Notes under the pieces: generated by a model
What the model was told of the DNA's origin: nothing
The model's input: the letters and a program-made list of their open reading frames with translations, nothing else
Database searches by the model: none
Shown here: positions 8,735 through 19,445 of the stretch, in pieces
Numbering within the stretch: the first letter of the stretch is position 1
How the letters are laid out: each line of letters begins with the position of its first letter
Made by a program: the position numbers and the translations under genes
Source of the DNA: an uncultured Bacteroidales bacterium
Lineage (GTDB): Bacteria; Bacteroidota; Bacteroidia; Bacteroidales; VadinHA17
NCBI GenBank assembly: GCA_963840965.1
Contig: CAWJAW010000002.1
Span: 205,645 to 269,644, forward strand
Direction: 5' to 3'
DNA: 64,000 bases

Positions 8735-10120
8735 TTATTTGACTTTTTTAACAATTCCGATAACCCTATCAGCAAGGTTTTCAGCCTCCTCAGTGGTCGG
8801 ACCTTCGGCATATATTCTCATGATGGGTTCGGTGTTCGATTTCCGGATCTGCACCCATCCGTTACCGTGTTCAATCCTCATACCATCCCTCTCGTCGATC
8901 TCATGACCGCTGAAATGCTCCCTGACTGCGTCGAGAATCCGGGAAAAGTGGATTCCTTCAGGGAGATCAAGCCTTTTCTTCGCCATGAAATAGTCGGGAT
9001 ATGTCCTCCTCAGGTCTGAACATTTCATCCTGCCAAGTGCCAGATGCGAGAGGAAAAGTGCAATGCCTGCAATCGCGTCGCGGCCATAGTGAAGCTCAGG
9101 ATAGATTACGCCACCGTTGCCTTCGCCGCCTATAACGGCTCCCCGTTTCTTCATCTCCTCGACAACATTTACCTCTCCCACCGCTGCCGTGAAGTATTGT
9201 CCTCCATGCTTTTCAGTTATATCTTTCAGTGCCCTGGTGCTTGAGAGATTTGATACGGTGTTACCAGGCCTGGTTGCCAGAATATAATCGGATACCGCCA
9301 CAAGAGTGTACTCCTCCCCGAACATTGAGCCATCCTCGCAGATGATTGCCAGGCGGTCGACATCGGGATCAACAACGAAACCCACATCGGCCCCTGAGCC
9401 GGCTGTCAGTGAGGATATCTCAGTCAGATTTGCCGGAAGCGGCTCGGGATTATGGGCAAAATGTCCGTCAGGCGTGGTGTTAAGCTCTATAATCCTGCTT
9501 ACTCCAAGCGATTTCAGCAAAGCCGGTACAATAATGCCTCCAACTGAGTTCACACAGTCGATGGCCACAGTGAAATCAGCTGCCTTTATGGCCTCACGGT
9601 CAACCAGATCGAGTGCCAGTACCTGCCCGATATGTATGCTGCCCCATGAATCATCATGAACATAGGAGCCGTAAGAATCAAGCGGAGCATAATAAAAATC
9701 TTCCGCATCAGCAATCCTGAGCAGTTCGCTGCCGTCGTCAGCCGAAAGGAATTCTCCCCTTTCATTCAGAAGCTTAAGTGCGTTCCATTCGGCAGGGTTG
9801 TGACTGGCGGTTATAATAATTCCCCCGTGAGATCCGGTTCCTGTTACAGCCATTTCAACGGTGGGGGTGGAAGCCAGACCGATATCAGTCACATCTATCC
9901 CGAGGCTCCTGAGTGTGTTGGAAACGAGTGAACTGACCATGCTTCCCGACCTGCGGGCATCACGACCGATTACAACCATCAGCTTTTTATCCCTGTGCCG
10001 GCGGCCTATCCAGGTCCCAAACGCTGAAGCGAATTTTACAATATCGACAGGCGTAAGGCTCTCACCCGGCTTCCCGCCAATTGTACCCCTGATTCCTGAG
10101 ATAGATTTTATCAATGGCAT
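8735..10120 (-). CDS. glmM: Phosphoglucosamine mutase
   Basis: SISGIRG, TASHNP phosphoserine motif, DPDVDR metal loop, GEGNGG, RKSNTEP. Confidence 0.88.
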   Translation of the reverse strand: MPLIKSISGIRGTIGGKPGESLTPVDIVKFASAFGTWIGRRHRDKKLMVVIGRDARRSGSMVSSLVSNTLRSLGIDVTDIGLASTPTVEMAVTGTGSHGGIIITASHNPAEWNALKLLNERGEFLSADDGSELLRIADAEDFYYAPLDSYGSYVHDDSWGSIHIGQVLALDLVDREAIKAADFTVAIDCVNSVGGIIVPALLKSLGVSRIIELNTTPDGHFAHNPEPLPANLTEISSLTAGSGADVGFVVDPDVDRLAIICEDGSMFGEEYTLVAVSDYILATRPGNTVSNLSSTRALKDITEKHGGQYFTAAVGEVNVVEEMKKRGAVIGGEGNGGVIYPELHYGRDAIAGIALFLSHLALGRMKCSDLRRTYPDYFMAKKRLDLPEGIHFSRILDAVREHFSGHEIDERDGMRIEHGNGWVQIRKSNTEPIMRIYAEGPTTEEAENLADRVIGIVKKVK

Positions 10121-10147
10121 ATGCTTCCTTTTTTAGTTGCAAAAGTG

Positions 10148-10193
10148 CAAAAGTAACCCTAAATCGTAATATTGTCAAATAATTGTACCTTTG
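10148..10193. promoter_or_regulatory. Back-to-back divergent -7 promoter elements
   Basis: TACTTTTG on minus (10148-10155) toward glmM; TACCTTTG on plus (10186-10193) toward the pseudouridine synthase-era-der operon. Confidence 0.7.
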
Positions 10194-10212
10194 CAACCTG
10201 AATAAAATCCAT

Positions 10213-11004
10213 ATGGAACAAAGGAAAAATCTCCGGGCTTCCCGCCCGAAGATGGAAAAATCCGGATCAGAGAAAGAAACTGGCAACAACAGCGAAATGA
10301 GACTGAACAGGTTCATCGCCCACAGCGGCATCTGTTCACGCCGGGAAGCTGATGAGCTTATTGCAAGAGGGCTCATCACGGTCAACGGGAATGTGGTTAC
10401 CGATCTTGGAACAAAGGTACTGCCCAATGATGATGTGAGGTATGGCAAAAAGAGGCTGAACTCAGAAAAGAAAGTCTACATCCTTCTCAACAAACCAAAG
10501 GGTTATGTTACAACAGTGGAAGATCCTCATGCCGATCAGACCGTGATCGACCTGATCGGAGATGCCTGCACCGAAAGAGTCTACCCGGTCGGACGCCTGG
10601 ATAAGTCGACCACAGGTGTCCTCCTGCTAACCAACGACGGTGACCTGACCGGAAAACTTACTCACCCTAAATATAAAAGGAAGAAGATATATCACGTGTT
10701 CCTCGACAAGGCAGTCACAAGGAACGACCTCGAACGGATAGCCGCAGGAGTGGATATTGAGGGTGAGATCATTGCGGCTGATGCCGTCTCTTATGCTGAC
10801 CTTGAAGATAAAACACAGGTCGGACTGGAAATTCATTCAGGCCAGAACAGGATAGTCAGAAGAATCTTTGAAAAACTGGGCTACCGTGTAAAAAAGCTCG
10901 ACAGGGTATATTTTGCCGGACTGACAAAGAAAAACCTGCCGAGAGGGAAATGGAGATTCCTTACCGATAAGGAGATAACCATGCTGAAAAGAGGAATATT
11001 CTAA
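10213..11004 (+). CDS. rRNA pseudouridine synthase, RsuA/RluB family with S4 domain
   Basis: MRLNRFIAHSGICSRREAD (S4), LNKPKG, VGRLD catalytic Asp. Start moved to ATG 10213 because the ORF-track start overlaps the promoter. Confidence 0.92.
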   Translation: MEQRKNLRASRPKMEKSGSEKETGNNSEMRLNRFIAHSGICSRREADELIARGLITVNGNVVTDLGTKVLPNDDVRYGKKRLNSEKKVYILLNKPKGYVTTVEDPHADQTVIDLIGDACTERVYPVGRLDKSTTGVLLLTNDGDLTGKLTHPKYKRKKIYHVFLDKAVTRNDLERIAAGVDIEGEIIAADAVSYADLEDKTQVGLEIHSGQNRIVRRIFEKLGYRVKKLDRVYFAGLTKKNLPRGKWRFLTDKEITMLKRGIF

Positions 11005-11013
11005 ACAACTAAA

Positions 11014-11892
11014 ATGAATCACAGATCAGGTTTCGTAAATATACTTGGAAATCCAAACGTCGGCAAATCAACAATAATGAATGCATTGGTTGGTGAAAAG
11101 TTGTCTATAATAACATCTAAGGCACAAACAACACGTCACCGAATAATGGGAATCGTGAACGGCGAGGATTTTCAGATTGTCTATTCAGATACCCCGGGTA
11201 TACTGAAGCCGAAATACAAGCTCCAGGAATCGATGATGAGTTTCGTGGATATTGCCCTCACCGATGCCGATATAATACTTTATGTAACCGACGTTAAAGA
11301 AGCGATGCACGATGATATGGGCTATACCCTGAAGATACGCGAAACAGGGATCCCGGTAATCGTGGTAGTAAACAAGATAGATCTGAGCAATCAGACTGAA
11401 CTTGAGCTCGTTACTTCCAAATGGAGGGAGATGTTCCCAGACTCACCAGTAATTCCTGTCTCGGGACTTAAAAAGTTTAATCTCGACACCCTCCTGAATG
11501 CCATCACAAGCATGCTGCCGGCCGGAGAACCATATTTCCCGAAAGATCAGATGACCGACAAATATGAAAGGTTTTTCGCATCCGAGATCATCCGTGAGAA
11601 AATCCTGATGCATTACCAGAAAGAAATCCCATACTGTTCAGAAGTGGAGATCGAGAGTTTTCAGGAAGAGGAAAAAATAATAAGGATCAGGGCTTTGATT
11701 CATGTTGCCCGCGACAGCCAGAAGGGAATTATAATAGGTCATAAGGGAGAAAAGCTTAAACATACAGGAAGGGAAGCACGACTCGATATGGAAGATTTCT
11801 TCGGCAAAAAAGTATTCCTCGAAATGTACGTAAAAGTCACAAAGGACTGGCGGGAGAAGCCGTTAATACTCAAAAGATTCGGATACAGGTAG
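11014..11892 (+). CDS. era: GTPase Era
   Basis: GNPNVGKS, QTTR, DTPG, NKID, KH domain (GIIIGHKG). Confidence 0.97.
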   Translation: MNHRSGFVNILGNPNVGKSTIMNALVGEKLSIITSKAQTTRHRIMGIVNGEDFQIVYSDTPGILKPKYKLQESMMSFVDIALTDADIILYVTDVKEAMHDDMGYTLKIRETGIPVIVVVNKIDLSNQTELELVTSKWREMFPDSPVIPVSGLKKFNLDTLLNAITSMLPAGEPYFPKDQMTDKYERFFASEIIREKILMHYQKEIPYCSEVEIESFQEEEKIIRIRALIHVARDSQKGIIIGHKGEKLKHTGREARLDMEDFFGKKVFLEMYVKVTKDWREKPLILKRFGYR

Positions 11893-11918
11893 TCAGCCTG
11901 AATCCATAAAATTAAAAG

Positions 11919-13223
11919 ATGAGCAAAATTGCAGCAATAGTCGGAAGACCGAATGTGGGCAAGTCAACCCTTTTCAACAGGCTTACCGAATCGAGGGAAG
12001 CAATTGTCGATGAGGTGAGCGGCGTCACACGCGACAGGAACTACGGATCGTGCACCTGGAATGGCGTCACATTCTCGGTGATTGACACCGGTGGTTATGT
12101 TAAGAACTCCGATGACATTTTCGAAGAGGAAATCAACAAGCAGGTGATGCTTGCCGTTGAGGAGGCGGATGTCATTTTATTCATGGTGGATGTCACAACC
12201 GGAATAAGTGATCTGGATACTGGTGTTGCTGAGCTTCTCAGAAAAAAAGCAAAGCCCGTTATCCTTGTGGTGAACAAGATCGACAACAATGAACTTATTC
12301 CTGAGGCCGCCGAGTTTTACAGACTGGGCCTGGGCGATTATTTCACTCTCAGTTCCATGACCGGAAGCGGTTCCGGAGAACTTCTCGATCATCTGGTGAA
12401 ACTGCTTCCCGACCATCCTGAAGAAACCCTGCCTGATATACCCAGGATTGCAATTGTAGGCCGGCCCAATGTAGGCAAATCATCACTTGTAAACTCCCTT
12501 CTCGGTGAGGAAAGGAACATCGTCACGCCACTTGCCGGCACAACCCGCGATTCGATTTTCACACGATTCAACAAGTTCAGTCACGACTTCCTTCTTGTTG
12601 ACACTGCCGGACTGAGAAAAAAATCAAAAGTCAGCGAGGATATTGAATTTTATTCGGTGATGAGGGCCATAAGGTCTATTGAGAGTTCCGATATATGCCT
12701 TCTGCTTATCGATGCAACAAGGGGGCTGGAGTCGCAGGATATGAATATCATATCGCTGATCCTGAATAATAACAAGGGAATGATTCTGCTTGTAAACAAG
12801 TGGGATCTTGTAACAAAGGAAAACAACACCGCTCTGGCAATTGAAAAAGAGATAAAAGCCAGAACAGCACCCTTCACAGATTACCCCATATTATTCATTT
12901 CGGCTACAAACAAGCAGAGGATACACAGGATACTGGAAACAGTCGACAGGGTCAATGGTAACAGGAACAGGAAAATCTCAACCTCGGAACTTAATAATGT
13001 TTTTCTCAGGATAGTGAATGACAATCCGCCTCCCGCATCAAGGGGCAGACATATCAAAATCAAGTATGTTACGCAGCTTCCTGTCTATACACCATCATTT
13101 GCCTTCTTCTGCAATTATCCCGACAGCATTAAGGAGCCTTATAAAAGATTTATCGAAAACAGGATCAGGGAAAAATATGACTTCAGCGGGGTACCCATAA
13201 GGATATTTTTCAGGAAAAAATAG
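11919..13223 (+). CDS. der: Ribosome biogenesis GTPase Der (EngA)
   Basis: Two G domains (GRPNVGKS x2, DTGG/DTAG, NKID/NKWD) plus KH-like C-terminus. Confidence 0.97.
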   Translation: MSKIAAIVGRPNVGKSTLFNRLTESREAIVDEVSGVTRDRNYGSCTWNGVTFSVIDTGGYVKNSDDIFEEEINKQVMLAVEEADVILFMVDVTTGISDLDTGVAELLRKKAKPVILVVNKIDNNELIPEAAEFYRLGLGDYFTLSSMTGSGSGELLDHLVKLLPDHPEETLPDIPRIAIVGRPNVGKSSLVNSLLGEERNIVTPLAGTTRDSIFTRFNKFSHDFLLVDTAGLRKKSKVSEDIEFYSVMRAIRSIESSDICLLLIDATRGLESQDMNIISLILNNNKGMILLVNKWDLVTKENNTALAIEKEIKARTAPFTDYPILFISATNKQRIHRILETVDRVNGNRNRKISTSELNNVFLRIVNDNPPPASRGRHIKIKYVTQLPVYTPSFAFFCNYPDSIKEPYKRFIENRIREKYDFSGVPIRIFFRKK

Positions 13224-13271
13224 TTTACTTTGGTGTGATTTTTGTGCAAAATGAGGTATTATCACCAATAT

Positions 13272-13793
13272 ATGAATATCAAAGCTATCACGGCTGTCGT
13301 TCTGCTTTCCCTGGTTGCTTTTGCATCCTGCGGAAAAATTGAGAGCCTTCCTCCCGAACCCTATATCGAATATACAAGCTTCACCGTTTTTGACACACTC
13401 GACCAGCTTGGAAATCAGGTCCGGTCAGGACGACTGAAATTTTACTTCGAGGATGGAGACGGAAATCTCGGACTAAACGCTCCGGAAGGCACCGAAGAAA
13501 CAGATACGATAAACCTCTTCATCGAACTCTTAAGGATGGAAGAAGGGGAATCTTCTCCCGCCCCGGAAGACGATCCCTACAGGGTAAAGGGATTCAGGAT
13601 CCCATACATGGAAAGGGTAGGAAGGAATAAAATACTCAGGGGTGACATCTCGGTCGATTTCAGCTATTACGAAAATTCAGCAGAAGATTCAATAATATAC
13701 GATTTCTATATCCGCGACAGGGCAGGGAACATAAGCAACACCGAATCGACATCGGTTATCCCGGTTTTTTATCCCGGTGTTTATGCAGAATAA
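13272..13793 (+). CDS. Hypothetical lipoprotein
   Basis: Lipoprotein signal MNIKAITAVVLLSLVAFAS-C; F(E)DGDG(N)LG and DRAGN.SN motifs typical of small Bacteroidota lipoproteins. Confidence 0.75.
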   Translation: MNIKAITAVVLLSLVAFASCGKIESLPPEPYIEYTSFTVFDTLDQLGNQVRSGRLKFYFEDGDGNLGLNAPEGTEETDTINLFIELLRMEEGESSPAPEDDPYRVKGFRIPYMERVGRNKILRGDISVDFSYYENSAEDSIIYDFYIRDRAGNISNTESTSVIPVFYPGVYAE

Positions 13794-13798
13794 AGGAT

Positions 13799-16700
13799 TT
13801 ACACCTTTACTCCCATGAACAGGATATCATCCACCTGCTCATAATCACCCTTCCATTCCAGAAAGAATTTAGTCAGCGCCTCCTCCTGAACCCTTATTTC
13901 AAGGGGGGAAATCTCCTCTATCAAAGATTTCAGGCGTGCAACCTTCATTTTCTTGCCTTCGGGTCCTCCGAACTGGTCGGGCAAACCGTCGGTGAACAGG
14001 TAAATAGAGTCTCCTTCATTCAAATAGTATTCCTGATCGTCAAAGTATTTTTCAGCAACCATTTGTCCTCCGACCGAAGCCCTGTTGCCTTTGATGTAAA
14101 AGGATTCGCCTCCGATTACTATCAGCACCGGCCTCATTGCTGAGGCAAACCTCACATGCCTGTTACTCATTGTGAATTCACAGACCACTATATCCATCCC
14201 GTCGTTCGACACACCCAGTTCAAGATTCTGGTTAAGGGTTGAAAATATCTGCTTGTCGAGCATCGAGAGGATCTCCGATGGTTTTGTTATGCGCTGCCTT
14301 GTCACAATATCCTGAAGAAGAGTGGAACCTATCATCGACATAAATGCTCCAGGTACTCCATGTCCTGTTGAGTCGGCGCAGACCAGAATGAAATGGTCCT
14401 CATCGAGCTGATCGAACCAGTAAAAATCGCCGCTCACAATATCGCGCGGATAGAAAAGTACAAATGCATCCGTAAAGTGTTCCTTCAGCCGTTTCAGGTC
14501 GGGAAGAATGCTCGCCTGTATTCTCCTGGCATAGTTGATACTGTCGGTAATCTCGAGATTCTGTGCTTCCAGTTCAGACTTTTGCTTCATTACAACCTGG
14601 GTCCTTGCAGCCAGTTCCGATTCAAGATATTCCTGGAGCTTCCGGTGAGCCTTTTCCCGCTCCCTGATTATAAGCGCCACCACTCCTGCTGATAACCCGA
14701 GAAGGGATAGAATGAACCACCATGTCCTCCATACTGGTTTCTTTATGTTGATATCAAAGACAAGAGGATTTTCCTGCGTTATGCCATCCTCATTGACTGA
14801 AACCAGATTGAACCGGTACTTTCCGTCACTTAGATTGTAAACAGCTTCGCGGGTTGGTGAAGGCGACGTCCAGTCATCATCAAAATTCTCGAGATATGTG
14901 CTGTAATAGACTTTTTCAGGTCCACTGAAATCTATGCCGGTGTAACTGACCCTTACTGTGTAACGCTTTCTGTAGGGCAGTGAATATGACTCACGGTAAG
15001 GATAAACCACATCATTAATGGTAACCGAGTTTATATTGTTGCGAGGGGCTGAACCGGACTTGCGGTCCTTTTCCCTGTCGTAAATAATCACTCCCTGTGT
15101 GGTGCCGATAAAAATTTTGCCATCAGGTGATTCATAGATGGCTCCTTCGTTACATGTACCGCCGTTGGCAAAGCTGGTGCTTATCACCTTTGTCCTGTCG
15201 CTTCCGGGGTTGTACCTCGAAATACCCTGCTGATGGCTTATCCAGATATCGTCGTTGCTGTCGGCAAGAATCGCATAGGCATAATTTGTCATAAGTCCGT
15301 TTGCAGTGGTGAGCGATTTGACTGAATCGCCGTGGAATTCAAACACCCCGTTGCCTTCGGTGGCCACCCAGACGGCCCCGCGGCTGTCAATGTCGAGCGA
15401 AATAGCCTTGTTCAGCAGGGTGCCGGTCATCACCATGTCCGATTTTATAATCCCTGAATCAATATCGATCCTATCGAGCCGTTCGCTGTTGGTTGCAACA
15501 TAACCACTCCCGTCATCCAGCAACAGGATCTGATTTATATAGTTATGAGCCAGACCGGTGTTCATTACATAACTTTGTTTCAAAGCTGCTGTCTGACGGG
15601 AGATTATTTGCACTCCGTTGATAGTCGAAAGCCATATGTTGTCGCCGTAAATGCGGATGCTTGTGATATTGTCGGCACCGGTATCCCCGGATCTGTAAAA
15701 TCTCCTGATTTCACCCTTCGGGCTAAGCAGGAAAAGACCCGTACCCTTTGTACCTATCCAGATATTTCCTTCATTGTCGATGTAATAAGACCTTGCCTCG
15801 ATGCGTCCGCCCTGTAATGGCAGAGGGGTGAATGAAACCGCTTTGCGGTCGGTCAGGCTGTAGGTATAGAAACCTGAAGGAGTGCCCAGGATATAATCCT
15901 CTCCCATCCTGCCGGAAAAGATGATGCTTCGCGGCATATTACTGCCCCCGGGAACATGAAACTCAAATGAATCGGAATTCATTATCGAAAGGCCGTTACC
16001 ATTTAAGCCAAGCCAGATATTTGTTTCAGAATCTTCATAAGCAGTCATCACATAATTGCCTTCAAGACCTGATGATTTATCCAGGAAACGAATGGATGCA
16101 ATTGAATCAGTATCTCCGGAAAACTGTACTTGTACGGCACCAAAACCGGCGGTTGAGATCCACACATTATCCCGTGAATCCTGCATTACTGATTTTACGG
16201 GCAGCGTCAGGAGCGACTGTGAACCACGGAACCTTGAAAGATAGCCGGTATCGCCCGAAAGCTCAAAACGGAATATCCCGTTACCGTCGGTACCCACAAT
16301 GAAGCTTCTTCCGTTTTTCATCGGAGTTATTGACATCACTCTCGAATAATCGAATCCTTCCACAGAGCCTTTTACGGCAAGTGCATTTCCTTCTGTCCCG
16401 CAGACAAGCATGTTATCCTGCGTTCCTATCAAAAGCTCGCCGGAAGGAGCCAGAGCAGCGGAAAACATTGTCGGATCAGCCTCTGATTCTATACTTTGTC
16501 CTTCACGGGGATTGTCAGGATCCACCAAAAAAACCGGCATCTTTTGAGAAACAACATATATTTTACCGTCGTTGCGTTCAAGTACCGCACTTACCCCCGC
16601 CCCTGAAGAGTTCGGAAGTATTGTCTGATGAAGCTCGTTCCCCGATGAATAAAAAAGAGTTCCGTCGTTGCAGCCGAACCAGAGTGTTCCCCTGCTGTCC

Positions 16701-16978
16701 TTTATCGAAACCGTCGGATACCGGCCGGATGCGGAATCCTGAAAACTCACCCTGAAGAAGCTGAACCCGTCAAAACGAGCCAGGCCTTCGGTGGTCCCAA
16801 CCCACAGATAACCATTGTTATCCTGAATAAGAGTGTAGATCACCTCACTTGGCAAATTATTCTCTGTCCCGTAATTTCTGAACCTATATGCCTGCCCGGA
16901 TGCTGTTTCCGTAAGCATAAGAAGGCATACCAGGATACCTTTACTGATCCTCTGAGCAAATATCATCTGAGACTGCAC
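13799..16978 (-). CDS. Ligand-binding beta-propeller sensor (Reg_prop + Y_Y_Y) fused to a SpoIIE/PP2C phosphatase
   Basis: Repeated D..G.LWVGT..GL blades, YSTYLENFDDDW...YNLSDGKYRF, one TM (WRTWWF...), coiled coil, DIVSGDFYW, ADSTGHGVPGA, DGMD, FTDG, QVDD. Alternative start ATG 16966. Confidence 0.9.
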   Translation of the reverse strand: MQSQMIFAQRISKGILVCLLMLTETASGQAYRFRNYGTENNLPSEVIYTLIQDNNGYLWVGTTEGLARFDGFSFFRVSFQDSASGRYPTVSIKDSRGTLWFGCNDGTLFYSSGNELHQTILPNSSGAGVSAVLERNDGKIYVVSQKMPVFLVDPDNPREGQSIESEADPTMFSAALAPSGELLIGTQDNMLVCGTEGNALAVKGSVEGFDYSRVMSITPMKNGRSFIVGTDGNGIFRFELSGDTGYLSRFRGSQSLLTLPVKSVMQDSRDNVWISTAGFGAVQVQFSGDTDSIASIRFLDKSSGLEGNYVMTAYEDSETNIWLGLNGNGLSIMNSDSFEFHVPGGSNMPRSIIFSGRMGEDYILGTPSGFYTYSLTDRKAVSFTPLPLQGGRIEARSYYIDNEGNIWIGTKGTGLFLLSPKGEIRRFYRSGDTGADNITSIRIYGDNIWLSTINGVQIISRQTAALKQSYVMNTGLAHNYINQILLLDDGSGYVATNSERLDRIDIDSGIIKSDMVMTGTLLNKAISLDIDSRGAVWVATEGNGVFEFHGDSVKSLTTANGLMTNYAYAILADSNDDIWISHQQGISRYNPGSDRTKVISTSFANGGTCNEGAIYESPDGKIFIGTTQGVIIYDREKDRKSGSAPRNNINSVTINDVVYPYRESYSLPYRKRYTVRVSYTGIDFSGPEKVYYSTYLENFDDDWTSPSPTREAVYNLSDGKYRFNLVSVNEDGITQENPLVFDINIKKPVWRTWWFILSLLGLSAGVVALIIREREKAHRKLQEYLESELAARTQVVMKQKSELEAQNLEITDSINYARRIQASILPDLKRLKEHFTDAFVLFYPRDIVSGDFYWFDQLDEDHFILVCADSTGHGVPGAFMSMIGSTLLQDIVTRQRITKPSEILSMLDKQIFSTLNQNLELGVSNDGMDIVVCEFTMSNRHVRFASAMRPVLIVIGGESFYIKGNRASVGGQMVAEKYFDDQEYYLNEGDSIYLFTDGLPDQFGGPEGKKMKVARLKSLIEEISPLEIRVQEEALTKFFLEWKGDYEQVDDILFMGVKV

Positions 16979-16982
16979 TATT

Positions 16983-17981
16983 TTATTTTATTTTTTTCCT
17001 GACCGAAATTACAGGCTGGTAAACCGGCACTCCACCGATAGGAGAGCTGAAGAACTGAAGGGCATCTCCCCTTTGGTTCTCCAGCGACACCACCACATTG
17101 TTGTTCTTTACAACATAGTCCTGTTTCTTGTGAAACTGAAAATCAAGCGATTTGCCAATCTCAGCAGTTTCAACGGGAATCACCGACACCTTCTCATTAT
17201 CCTCTCCGGATATGGGCACGGGCAGTCCCTGCTTGTATGTCGAAACCACAAGGATAACGCCATCATCGTCCCAGTCGAAATTCCTTTGCTTTATTGAAAC
17301 AATCCCAGTATCAACATACGGATAGATATGGGAGACACTCTTGTTGTCGTTCCACATCCTGAAGGTGTATTCGTAGGTGAAGGCATTGGCGCCTTCAATG
17401 GGTATATCGCTGTCTTTGTCACTGCTCAGGAAGTACCTGTAAAGATTACCGTCATCACCTGTTATCCCTTCACATACTATCTTGAAAATATAGCTTCTCC
17501 ATTTTTCATTGTAATCCCCTTCAGTCGGATTAAAAGGGCCGAATTCATAATAGCGGTTGTCATAAGTCGGTTCGCTCCCGAAAACCCTTGAAGCCAGAAG
17601 GTTCCCCTGCTTGAAGTTGTCTGAATTCTTAAGCCCTCTCGATTCAATGTTTTTATCGGGATCGACACCTTTGCCTCCATAAACCGAAAACATTGTCTTT
17701 GAATCAAATAATCCCTGGATCTCATCATTCTGCCCACCGCAGTCCGGATCAAATACCTTTATATAGAACTGCCGGTTGAAGTCCTTGGGTATTGTAAAAA
17801 AGAACAATGAACTGAAGTCATCATCTCCCCACGAAGTTTCCCCAAACTTACCGAAGGTGACGAGAAAAGGAATGTTTTCATCCTTTCCCGGTACTGCCTG
17901 CCCGCTGGCCGTCTCATGCGGCAGTGACGCAGCAAGCATCAATAAAACAAGCAACTTTATAACAACACTCCCTGATTTCAT
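16983..17981 (-). CDS. Secreted protein of unknown function
   Basis: 332 aa; signal peptide; beta-rich and acidic (WGDDDF, FDPDCGG, GDDGNLY, NFDWDDDG). No family recognised. Confidence 0.75.
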   Translation of the reverse strand: MKSGSVVIKLLVLLMLAASLPHETASGQAVPGKDENIPFLVTFGKFGETSWGDDDFSSLFFFTIPKDFNRQFYIKVFDPDCGGQNDEIQGLFDSKTMFSVYGGKGVDPDKNIESRGLKNSDNFKQGNLLASRVFGSEPTYDNRYYEFGPFNPTEGDYNEKWRSYIFKIVCEGITGDDGNLYRYFLSSDKDSDIPIEGANAFTYEYTFRMWNDNKSVSHIYPYVDTGIVSIKQRNFDWDDDGVILVVSTYKQGLPVPISGEDNEKVSVIPVETAEIGKSLDFQFHKKQDYVVKNNNVVVSLENQRGDALQFFSSPIGGVPVYQPVISVRKKIK

Positions 17982-18009
17982 GAATTATATATGTCGTTTG
18001 CAAAAATTT

Positions 18010-19440
18010 TCAAGGTTTCCTTCCTATTGTGATACTCTTTGTAACGCATGCTTCCCTGGCAATACCCCCCTCTCCCGGCTTTGAAGATACTATCAGCTGA
18101 ACGTTGAATGTTCCGGTCCGGGTGAATGTCTTCTCCACATTCTTCCCGATCCCGATAGTCTCATCCCCAAAACTCCAGTAATATTGTGCTATATCCCATC
18201 CCGGCAGATTGGTGCTGTCGGCGCTGAATTGTACAACAACTCCGGCATCTGCAAACTCAGGGCTTGAAACATAAGGCTGCTCCACTGCTTCGACCAACAG
18301 CATTTCTGATTTCTGGTTTAGCTTGACCTCTTTAGTCACCAGGTTGGTCACGTCAAGCTGAACAAGATAACGGCCGGGACCTTCATAACAATGCTCCACA
18401 ATACGTCCGAAAGCCTTCTGCCCGTCGCCGAACTTCCATTCATACATGAATGGCATTGTGTCGTACCTGACTGCATTCTCCTCTACGAACTCATAACAAT
18501 AGTTATTGATCTCAAGAGTGTCGCAGTCTGCCTTCCTTATAATTGCCGAGGTGTATTCATAAATATCGTCATTTCTTCTTCTGTTCGATGCGAAATAGCC
18601 TTTCCTCAGGTCAGGTGTCGCGACAAAGGCAAAATCATCCGAAGAAGAGTTTACAGGTGCCTGAAGCTGAATAGGGGCTCCCCATTCACCATCAACCGGA
18701 TCGGAGTAGTAAACATCGAGGCCGCCAATTCCGCCCTGACGGTTTGATGAGAAATAAAGCCTGCCGGATGCGTGAATACATGGAAAATTGTCGGTAGCTG
18801 TCGAGTTGATTCCCTGCCCGGGGTTGACCGGAGTGGTCCAGTCGCCGTTTACCCATTCGCAGAACCAGATATCGGAACCGCCCAGCCCTCCCGGCATATC
18901 GGATGCAAAATAAAGGAACCTTCCGTCATCGCTTATGGAAGGCTGACCCATGTCAAAGTCAGTTCCGTTATATTTGAACGGTTCTATCGAATTAAGCCTG
19001 GTACCTGAAAGTTGTGCCTTGAATATCCCGCTGTGATTCCGGAACTTCCTGCTTTTTGACTGCGCTCCGGTTTCAATTTCGCTTGTGAAATAGACTGTTT
19101 TCCCGTCAGGTGCAATACAAAGTGGTCCGGCATTGAACTGGGCGGTCCTGTCGCTTTCAACAGAAACGGGTTTTCTCCAGTCGGAAGTGTCTTTCTTTTC
19201 TGCAACATAGATACTGTAGAGCCTCCTGTTGTCGAATGAAGTCCTGTCGGTAACACCGCTGAGACGCCTGTCGGAACAGAAAAGAATCCCGTCGTCAGTT
19301 ATCACAGGCGAGATTTCACTATAACCCGGTATATTGAATGAGAGACGCCTGATCTCGAAAGGAGATACTCCCTGAGCCACGACGCCGTTCACTGTCAGAA
19401 CAGCTGTCAAAAGCATTAATATATAGCGAACCTTCTTCAT
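18010..19440 (-). CDS. PD40/TolB-like propeller plus two PKD domains (PorE-related, no OmpA domain)
   Basis: PSISDDGRFLYFASDMPGGLGGSDIW, LYFSSNRQGGIGGLDVY; two PKD motifs YEWKFGDG and YYWSFGDE. Confidence 0.82.
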   Translation of the reverse strand: MKKVRYILMLLTAVLTVNGVVAQGVSPFEIRRLSFNIPGYSEISPVITDDGILFCSDRRLSGVTDRTSFDNRRLYSIYVAEKKDTSDWRKPVSVESDRTAQFNAGPLCIAPDGKTVYFTSEIETGAQSKSRKFRNHSGIFKAQLSGTRLNSIEPFKYNGTDFDMGQPSISDDGRFLYFASDMPGGLGGSDIWFCEWVNGDWTTPVNPGQGINSTATDNFPCIHASGRLYFSSNRQGGIGGLDVYYSDPVDGEWGAPIQLQAPVNSSSDDFAFVATPDLRKGYFASNRRRNDDIYEYTSAIIRKADCDTLEINNYCYEFVEENAVRYDTMPFMYEWKFGDGQKAFGRIVEHCYEGPGRYLVQLDVTNLVTKEVKLNQKSEMLLVEAVEQPYVSSPEFADAGVVVQFSADSTNLPGWDIAQYYWSFGDETIGIGKNVEKTFTRTGTFNVQLIVSSKPGEGGIAREACVTKSITIGRKP

Positions 19441-19445
19441 TACGA

